Shown here: one piece after another, positions 1 to 10,500 of the stretch
Layout: each line of letters starts with the position of its first letter
Position numbering within the stretch: position 1 is the stretch's first letter
NCBI GenBank assembly: GCA_964016885.1
Contig: OZ024742.1
Coordinates: 14,074,001-14,138,000, forward strand
Origin: Eledone cirrhosa
Taxonomy: Eukaryota
DNA length: 64,000 nt
Reading direction: 5' to 3'
Position numbers and translations under genes: made by a program
Notes under the pieces: model-generated
Databases searched by the model: none
The model's input: the letters and a program-made list of their open reading frames with translations, nothing else
Told to the model about the DNA's origin: nothing

Positions 1-3000
1 ACCTAGTCTAGCCTCAATGTGAGACCTAACCCTAGAAGTGACCACCTGACCTAGTCTAGCCTCAATGTGAGACCTATCCCTAGAAGTGACCACCTCACCT
101 AGTCTAACCTCAATGTGAGACCTCTAACCCTAGAAGTGACCAGCTGACCTAGTCTAGCCTCAATGTGAGATAATCTAACGCAAGAAGTGACCACCTGACC
201 TAGTGTAACCTCAATGTGAGACCTAACCCTAGAAGTGACCAGCTGACCTAGTCTAGCCTCAATGTGAGACTTCTAACCCTAGAAGTGACAACCTGACCGA
301 GTGTAAACTGAATGTGAGACCTAACCCAAGAAGTAACCACCTGACCTAGTCTAGCCTCCAATGTGAGACCTAATCCTAGAAGTGACCACCTGACCTAGTC
401 TAGCCTTAATGTGAGACCTAAGCCTAGAAGTGATCAGCTGACCTAGTCTAGCCTCAATGTGTGACCTATCCCTAGAAGTGACCACCTGACCTAGTCTAGC
501 CTCAATGTGAGACCATCTAACGCAAGAAGTGACCACCTGACCTAGTGTAACCTCATTGTGAGACATAACCCTAGAAGTGACCACCTGACCTAGTCTAACC
601 TCAATGTGAGACCTTTTAACCCTAGAAGTGACCACCTGACCTAGTCTAGCCTCAATGTGAGACCTAACCCTAGAAGTGACCACCTGACCTAGTCTAGCCT
701 CAATGTGAGACTTCTAACTCTAGAAGTGACAACCTGACCTAGTGTAAACTGAATGTGAAACCTAACCCAAGCTGTGACCACCTGACCTATTCTAGCCTCA
801 ATGTGAGACGATCTAACCCAAGAAGTGACCACCTGAACTAGTGTAACCTCAATGAGACCTAACCCTAGAAGTGACAACCTGACCTAGTATAGCCTCAATG
901 TGAGACCTAACCCTAGCAATGACCGCCTGACCTAGTCTAGCCTCAACGTGAGACCTAACCCTAGAAGTGACCACCTGACCTAATCTAGCCTCAATGTGAG
1001 ACTATCTAACCCAAGAAGTGACCACCTGTCCTAGTCTAGCCTCAATGTGAGACCATCTAACCCTAGAAGTGACCACCTGACGTAGTCTAACCTCAATGTG
1101 AGACCTCTAACCCTAGAAGTGACCAGCTGACCTTGTCTAGCCTCAATGTTTGACCTTCTATCCCTAGAAGTGACCACCTGACCTAGTCTAGCCTCAATGT
1201 GAGATAATCTAACGCAAGAAGTGACCACCTGACCTAGTGTAACCTCAATGTGAGACCTAACCCTAGAAGTGACCAGCTGACCTAGTCTAGCCTCAATGTG
1301 AGACTTCTAACCCTAGAAGTGACAACCTGACCGAGTGTAAACTGAATGTGAGACCTTCTAACCCAAGAAGTGACCACCTGACCTAGTCTAGCCTCAATCT
1401 GAGACCTTCTAACCCTAGAAGTGACCACCTGACCTAGTCTAACCTCAATGTGAGACCTTCTAACCCAAGAAGTGACCACCTGACCTAGTCTAGCCTCAGT
1501 GTGAGACCTTCTCACCCTAGAAGTGACCACCTGACCTAGTCTAGCCTCAATGTGAGACTATCTAACCCAAGAAGTGACCACCTGACCTAGTCTAGCCTCA
1601 ATGTGAGACCTAACCCTAGAAGTGACCACCTGACCTAGTCTAGCCTCAATGTGAGACTTCTAACCCTAGAAGTGACAACCTGACCGAGTGTAAATTGAAT
1701 GTGAGACCTTGTAACCCTAGAAGTCACCACCTGACCTAGTCTAACCTCAATGTGAGACCTAACCCTAGCAGTGACCACCTGACCTAGTCTAGCCTCAATG
1801 TGAGACCTAACCCTAGAAGTTACCACCTGACCTAGTCTAGCCTCAATGTGTGACCTTCTATCCCTAGAAGTGACCACCTGACCTAGTCTAGCCTCGATGT
1901 GAGACCTAACCCAAGAAGTAACCACCTGACCTAGTTTAGCCTCCAATGTGAGACCCAATCCTAGAAGTGACCACCTGACCTAGTGTAACCTAACCCTAGA
2001 AGTGACCACCTGACCTAGTGTAACCTCAATGTGAGACCTAACCTTAGAAGTGACCAGCTGACCTTGTCTAGCCTCAATGTGTGACCTATCCCTAGAAGTG
2101 ACCACCTGACCTAGTGTAACCTAAACCTAGAAGTGACCACCTGACCTTGTCTAGCCTCAATGTGAGACCATCTAACGCAAGAAGTGACCACCTGACCTAG
2201 TGTAACCTCAATGTGAGACCTAACACTAGAAGTGACCACCTGACCTAGTCTGACCTCTAACCCTGGAAGTGACCAGCTGACCTTGTCTAGTCTCAATGTT
2301 TGACCTTCTATCCCTAGAAGTGACCACCTGACCTAGTGTAACCTAAACCTAGAAGTGACCACCTGACCTAGTCTGACCTCTAACCCTGGAAGTGACCAGC
2401 TGACCTTGTCTAGTCTCAATGTTTGACCTTCTATCCCTAGAAGTGACCACCTGACCTAGTGTAACCTAAACCTAGAAGTGACCACCTGACCTACTCTAGC
2501 CTCAATATGAGACCATCTAACGCAAGAAGTGACCACCTGACCTAGTGTAACCTCAATGTGAGTCCTAACCCTAGAAGTGACCACCTGACCTAGTCTAACC
2601 TCAATGTGAGACCTTCTAACGCTAGAAGTGAACACCTGACCTAGTCTAGCCTCAATGTGAGACCATCTAACCCTAGAAGTGACCACCTTACCTAGTCTAG
2701 CCTCAATATGAGACCATCTAATGCAAGAAGTGACCACCTGACCTAGTGTAACCTCAATGTGAGACCTAACCCTATAAGTGACCACCTGACCTAGTCTAGC
2801 CTCAATGTGAGACCTAACCCTAGAAGTGAACACCTGGCCTAGTCTAGCCTGAATATGAGACCATCTAACCCTAGAAGTGACCACCTTACCTAGTCTAGTC
2901 TCAATGTGAGACCTAGCCCTATAAGTGACCACCTGACCTAGTCTAGCCTCAATGTGAGATCTAACCCTAGAAGTGACCACCTGACGTAGTCTAGCCTGAA

Positions 3001-6000
3001 TGTGAGACCTTCTAACCTTAGAAGTGACCACCTGACCTAATCTAGTCTCAATGTGAGACTATCTAACCCAAGAAGTGACCAGCTGACCTAGTCTAGCCTC
3101 AATGTGAGACTTCTAACCCTAGAAGTGACAACCTGACCTAGTGTAAACTGAATGTGAGACCTAACCCAAGAAGTGACCACCTGACCTAGTCTAGCCTCAA
3201 TGTGAGACGATCTAACCCGAGTGACCACCTGAACTAGTGTAACCTCAATGAGACCTAACCCTAGAAGTGACAACCTGACCGAGTCTAGCCTCAATGTGAG
3301 ACCTAACCCTAGCAGTGACCACCTGACCTAGTCTAGCCTCAACGTGAGACCTAACCCTAGAAGTGACCACCTGACCTAATCTAGCCTCAATGTGAGACTA
3401 TCTAACCCAAGAAGTGACCACCTGACCTAGTCTAGCCTCAATGTGAGACCATCTAACCCTAGAAGTGACCACCTGACCTAGTCTAACCTCAATGTGAGAC
3501 CTCTAACCCTAGAAGTGATCAGCTGACCTAGTCTAGCCTCAATGTGTGACCTATCCCTAGAAGTGACCACCTGACCTAGTGTAACCTAACTCTAGAAGTG
3601 ACCAACTGACCTAGTCTAGCCTAAATGTGAGACCTAACCCTAGAAGTGACCACCTGACCTAGTCTAGCCTCAATGTGAGACCAACTAACGCAAGAAGTGA
3701 CCACCTGACCTAGTCTAGCCTGAATGTGAGACCTAACCCTAGAAGTGACCACCTGACCTAGTCTAACCTCAATGTGAGACCTTTTAACCCTAGAACTGAC
3801 CACCTGACCTAGTCTAGCCTCAATGTGAGACCTAACCCTAGAAGTGACCACCTGACCTAGTCTAACCTCAATGTGAGACCTTTTAACCCTAGAACTGACC
3901 ACCTGACCTAGTCTAGCCTCAATGTGAGACCTAACCCTAGAAGTGACCACCTGACCTAGTCTAGCCTCAATGTGAGATTTCTAACCCTAGAAGTGACAAC
4001 CTGACCAAGTGTAAACTGAATGTGAGACCTAACCCAAGAAGTGACCACCTGACCTAGTCTAGCCTCAATGTGAGACCTAACCCTAGAAGTGACCACCTGA
4101 CCTAGTCTAGCCTCAATGTGAGACCTATCCCTAGAAGTGACCACCTCACCTAGTCTAACCTCAATGTGAGACCTCTAACCCTAGAAGTGACCAGCTGACC
4201 TAGTCTAGCCTCAATGTGAGATAATCTAACGCAAGAAGTGACCACCTGACCTAGTGTAACCTCAATGTGAGACCTAACCCTAGAAGTGACCAGCTGACCT
4301 AGTCTAGCCTCAATGTGAGACTTCTAACCCTAGAAGTGACAACCTGACCGAGTGTAAACTGAATGTGAGACCTAACCCAAGAAGTAACCACCTGACCTAG
4401 TCTAGCCTCCAATGTGAGACCTAATCCTAGAAGTGACCACCTGACCTAGTCTAGCCTTAATGTGAGACCTAAGCCTAGAAGTGATCAGCTGACCTAGTCT
4501 AGCCTCAATGTGTGACCTATCCCTAGAAGTGACCACCTGACCTAGTCTAGCCTCAATGTGAGACCATCTAACGCAAGAAGTGACCACCTGACCTAGTGTA
4601 ACCTCATTGTGAGACATAACCCTAGAAGTGACCACCTGACCTAGTCTAACCTCAATGTGAGACCTTTTAACCCTAGAAGTGACCACCTGACCTAGTCTAG
4701 CCTCAATGTGAGACCTAACCCTAGAAGTGACCACCTGACCTAGTCTAGCCTCAATGTGAGACTTCTAACTCTAGAAGTGACAACCTGACCTAGTGTAAAC
4801 TGAATGTGAAACCTAACCCAAGCTGTGACCACCTGACCTATTCTAGCCTCAATGTGAGACGATCTAACCCAAGAAGTGACCACCTGAACTAGTGTAACCT
4901 CAATGAGACCTAACCCTAGAAGTGACAACCTGACCTAGTATAGCCTCAATGTGAGACCTAACCCTAGCAATGACCGCCTGACCTAGTCTAGCCTCAACGT
5001 GAGACCTAACCCTAGAAGTGACCACCTGACCTAATCTAGCCTCAATGTGAGACTATCTAACCCAAGAAGTGACCACCTGTCCTAGTCTAGCCTCAATGTG
5101 AGACCATCTAACCCTAGAAGTGACCACCTGACGTAGTCTAACCTCAATGTGAGACCTCTAACCCTAGAAGTGACCAGCTGACCTTGTCTAGCCTCAATGT
5201 TTGACCTTCTATCCCTAGAAGTGACCACCTGACCTAGTCTAGCCTCAATGTGAGATAATCTAACGCAAGAAGTGACCACCTGACCTAGTGTAACCTCAAT
5301 GTGAGACCTAACCCTAGAAGTGACCAGCTGACCTAGTCTAGCCTCAATGTGAGACTTCTAACCCTAGAAGTGACAACCTGACCGAGTGTAAACTGAATGT
5401 GAGACCTTCTAACCCAAGAAGTGACCACCTGACCTAGTCTAGCCTCAATCTGAGACCTTCTAACCCTAGAAGTGACCACCTGACCTAGTCTAACCTCAAT
5501 GTGAGACCTTCTAACCCAAGAAGTGACCACCTGACCTAGTCTAGCCTCAGTGTGAGACCTTCTCACCCTAGAAGTGACCACCTGACCTAGTCTAGCCTCA
5601 ATGTGAGACTATCTAACCCAAGAAGTGACCACCTGACCTAGTCTAGCCTCAATGTGAGACCTAACCCTAGAAGTGACCACCTGACCTAGTCTAGCCTCAA
5701 TGTGAGACTTCTAACCCTAGAAGTGACAACCTGACCGAGTGTAAATTGAATGTGAGACCTTGTAACCCTAGAAGTCACCACCTGACCTAGTCTAACCTCA
5801 ATGTGAGACCTAACCCTAGCAGTGACCACCTGACCTAGTCTAGCCTCAATGTGAGACCTAACCCTAGAAGTTACCACCTGACCTAGTCTAGCCTCAATGT
5901 GTGACCTTCTATCCCTAGAAGTGACCACCTGACCTAGTCTAGCCTCGATGTGAGACCTAACCCAAGAAGTAACCACCTGACCTAGTTTAGCCTCCAATGT

Positions 6001-7569
6001 GAGACCCAATCCTAGAAGTGACCACCTGACCTAGTGTAACCTAACCCTAGAAGTGACCACCTGACCTAGTGTAACCTCAATGTGAGACCTAACCTTAGAA
6101 GTGACCAGCTGACCTTGTCTAGCCTCAATGTGTGACCTATCCCTAGAAGTGACCACCTGACCTAGTGTAACCTAAACCTAGAAGTGACCACCTGACCTTG
6201 TCTAGCCTCAATGTGAGACCATCTAACGCAAGAAGTGACCACCTGACCTAGTGTAACCTCAATGTGAGACCTAACACTAGAAGTGACCACCTGACCTAGT
6301 CTGACCTCTAACCCTGGAAGTGACCAGCTGACCTTGTCTAGTCTCAATGTTTGACCTTCTATCCCTAGAAGTGACCACCTGACCTAGTGTAACCTAAACC
6401 TAGAAGTGACCACCTGACCTAGTCTGACCTCTAACCCTGGAAGTGACCAGCTGACCTTGTCTAGTCTCAATGTTTGACCTTCTATCCCTAGAAGTGACCA
6501 CCTGACCTAGTGTAACCTAAACCTAGAAGTGACCACCTGACCTACTCTAGCCTCAATATGAGACCATCTAACGCAAGAAGTGACCACCTGACCTAGTGTA
6601 ACCTCAATGTGAGTCCTAACCCTAGAAGTGACCACCTGACCTAGTCTAACCTCAATGTGAGACCTTCTAACGCTAGAAGTGAACACCTGACCTAGTCTAG
6701 CCTCAATGTGAGACCATCTAACCCTAGAAGTGACCACCTTACCTAGTCTAGCCTCAATATGAGACCATCTAATGCAAGAAGTGACCACCTGACCTAGTGT
6801 AACCTCAATGTGAGACCTAACCCTATAAGTGACCACCTGACCTAGTCTAGCCTCAATGTGAGACCTAACCCTAGAAGTGAACACCTGGCCTAGTCTAGCC
6901 TGAATATGAGACCATCTAACCCTAGAAGTGACCACCTTACCTAGTCTAGTCTCAATGTGAGACCTAGCCCTATAAGTGACCACCTGACCTAGTCTAGCCT
7001 CAATGTGAGATCTAACCCTAGAAGTGACCACCTGACGTAGTCTAGCCTGAATGTGAGACCTTCTAACCTTAGAAGTGACCACCTGACCTAATCTAGTCTC
7101 AATGTGAGACTATCTAACCCAAGAAGTGACCAGCTGACCTAGTCTAGCCTCAATGTGAGACTTCTAACCCTAGAAGTGACAACCTGACCTAGTGTAAACT
7201 GAATGTGAGACCTAACCCAAGAAGTGACCACCTGACCTAGTCTAGCCTCAATGTGAGACGATCTAACCCGAGTGACCACCTGAACTAGTGTAACCTCAAT
7301 GAGACCTAACCCTAGAAGTGACAACCTGACCGAGTCTAGCCTCAATGTGAGACCTAACCCTAGCAGTGACCACCTGACCTAGTCTAGCCTCAACGTGAGA
7401 CCTAACCCTAGAAGTGACCACCTGACCTAATCTAGCCTCAATGTGAGACTATCTAACCCAAGAAGTGACCACCTGACCTAGTCTAGCCTCAATGTGAGAC
7501 CATCTAACCCTAGAAGTGACCACCTGACCTAGTCTAACCTCAATGTGAGACCTCTAACCCTAGAAGTGA
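1..7569. repeat. Higher-order repeat, period 4051 bp (1-3518 matches 4052-7569)
   Basis: Identical ORF translations recur at a constant offset of 4051 (351/4402, 689/4740, 1031/5082, 1282/5333, 1635/5686, 2111/6162, 2456/6507, 3088/7139). Identity breaks at 3519 (GTGATC) versus 7570 (GTGACC). Confidence 0.93.
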
Positions 7570-10500
7570 CCAGCTGACCTTGTCTAGCCTCAATGTTTGA
7601 CCTTCTATCCCTAGAAGTGACCACCTGACCTAGTCTAGCCTCAATGTGAGATAATCTAACGCAAGAAGTGACCACCTGACCTAGTGTAACCTCAATGTGA
7701 GACCTAGCCCTAGAAGTGACCAGCTGACCTAGTCTAGCCTCAATGTGAGACTTCTAACCCTAGAAGTGACAATCTGACCGAGTGTAAACTGAATGTGAGA
7801 CCTTCTAACCCAAGAAGTGACCACCTGACCTAGTCTAGCCTCAATGTGAGATCTTCTAACCCTAGAAGTGACCACCTGACCTAGTCTAGCCTCAATGTGA
7901 GACCTTCTAACCCAAGAAGTGACCACCTGACCTAGTCTAGCCTCAGTGTGAGACCTTCTAACCCTAGAAGTGACCACCTGACCTAGTCTAACCTCAATGT
8001 GAGACTATCTAACCCAAGAAGTGACCACCTGACCTAGTCTAGCCTCAATGTGAGACCTAACCCTAGAAGTGACCACCTGACCTAGTCTAGCCTCAATGTG
8101 AGACTTCTAACCCTAGAAGTGACAACCTGACCGAGTGTAAACTGAATGTGAGACCTTCTAACCCTAGAAGTGACCACCTGACCTAGTCTAACCTCAATGT
8201 GAGACCTAACCCTAGCAGTGACCACCTGACCTAGTCTAGCCTCAATGTGAGACCTAACCCTAGAAGTTACCACCTGACCTAGTCGAGCCTCAATGTGTGA
8301 CCTATCCCTAGAAGTGACCACCTGACCTAGTGTAACCTAAACCTAGAAGTGACCACCTGACCTTGTCTAGCCTCAATGTGAGACCTTCTAACCCTAGAAG
8401 TGACCACCTGACCTAGTCTAGCCTCAATGTGAGACCTTCTAACCCAAGAAGTGACCACCTGACCTAGTCTAGCCTCAGTGTGAGACCTTCTAACCCTAGA
8501 AGTGACCACCTGACCTAGTCTAACCTCAATGTGAGACTATCTAACCCAAGAAGTGACCACCTGACCTAGTCTAGCCTCAATGTGAGACCTAACCCTAGAA
8601 GTGACCACCTGACCTAGTCTAGCCTCAATGTGAGACTTCTAACCCTAGAAGTGACAACCTGACCGAGTGTAAACTGAATGTGAGACCTTCTAACACTAGA
8701 AGTGACCACCTGACCTAGTCTAGCCTCGATGTGAGACCTAACCCAAAAAGTAACCACCTGACCTAGTTTAGCCTCCAATGTGAGACCCAATCCTAGAAGT
8801 GACCACCTGACCTAGTGTAACCTAACCCTAGAAGTGACCACCTGACCTAGTGTAACCTCAATGTGAGACCTAACCTTAGAAGTGACCACCTGACCTAGTC
8901 TAGCCTCAATGTGAGATAATCTAACGCAAGAAGTGACCACCTGACCTAGTGTAACCTCAATGTGAGACCTAACCCTAGAAGTGACCAGCTGACCTAGTCT
9001 AGCCTCAATGTGAGACTTCTAACCCTAGAAGTGACAACCTGACCGAGTGTAAACTGAATGTGAGACCTTCTAACCCAAGAAGTGACCACCTGACCTAGTC
9101 TAGCCTCAATCTGAGACCTTCTAACCCTAGAAGTGACCACCTGACCTAGTCTAACCTCAATGTGAGACCTTCTAACCCAAGAAGTGACCACCTGACCTAG
9201 TCTAGCCTCAGTGTGAGACCTTCTCACCCTAGAAGTGACCACCTGACCTAGTCTAGCCTCAATGTGAGACTATCTAACCCAAGAAGTGACCACCTGACCT
9301 AGTCTAGCCTCAATGTGAGACCTAACCCTAGAAGTGACCACCTGACCTAGTCTAGCCTCAATGTGAGACTTCTAACCCTAGAAGTGACAACCTGACCGAG
9401 TGTAAATTGAATGTGAGACCTTGTAACCCTAGAAGTCACCACCTGACCTAGTCTAACCTCAATGTGAGACCTAACCCTAGCAGTGACCACCTGACCTAGT
9501 CTAGCCTCAATGTGAGACCTAACCCTAGAAGTTACCACCTGACCTAGTCTAGCCTCAATGTGTGACCTTCTATCCCTAGAAGTGACCACCTGACCTAGTC
9601 TAGCCTCGATGTGAGACCTAACCCAAGAAGTAACCACCTGACCTAGTTTAGCCTCCAATGTGAGACCCAATCCTAGAAGTGACCACCTGACCTAGTGTAA
9701 CCTAACCCTAGAAGTGACCACCTGACCTAGTGTAACCTCAATGTGAGACCTAACCTTAGAAGTGACCAGCTGACCTTGTCTAGCCTCAATGTGTGACCTA
9801 TCCCTAGAAGTGACCACCTGACCTAGTGTAACCTAAACCTAGAAGTGACCACCTGACCTTGTCTAGCCTCAATGTGAGACCATCTAACGCAAGAAGTGAC
9901 CACCTGACCTAGTGTAACCTCAATGTGAGACCTAACACTAGAAGTGACCACCTGACCTAGTCTGACCTCTAACCCTGGAAGTGACCAGCTGACCTTGTCT
10001 AGTCTCAATGTTTGACCTTCTATCCCTAGAAGTGACCACCTGACCTAGTGTAACCTAAACCTAGAAGTGACCACCTGACCTAGTCTGACCTCTAACCCTG
10101 GAAGTGACCAGCTGACCTTGTCTAGTCTCAATGTTTGACCTTCTATCCCTAGAAGTGACCACCTGACCTAGTGTAACCTAAACCTAGAAGTGACCACCTG
10201 ACCTACTCTAGCCTCAATATGAGACCATCTAACGCAAGAAGTGACCACCTGACCTAGTGTAACCTCAATGTGAGTCCTAACCCTAGAAGTGACCACCTGA
10301 CCTAGTCTAACCTCAATGTGAGACCTTCTAACGCTAGAAGTGAACACCTGACCAGTCTAGCCTCAATGTGAGACCATCTAACCCTAGAAGTGACCACCTT
10401 ACCTAGTCTAGCCTCAATATGAGACCATCTAATGCAAGAAGTGACCACCTGACCTAGTGTAACCTCAATGTGAGACCTAACCCTATAAGTGACCACCTGA

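Noticed and set aside
1-100. Stable G-quadruplex on the minus strand
   Set aside because: There is only one GGG run per monomer and the rest are GG, so at most weak two-tier structures could form. This is not supportable from sequence alone.
1-146. Three monomers (~144-150 bp) as a nucleosome-length unit
   Set aside because: This is a numerical coincidence only. No trimeric periodicity of variants is evident, and the many 28-37-bp monomers break any such phase.
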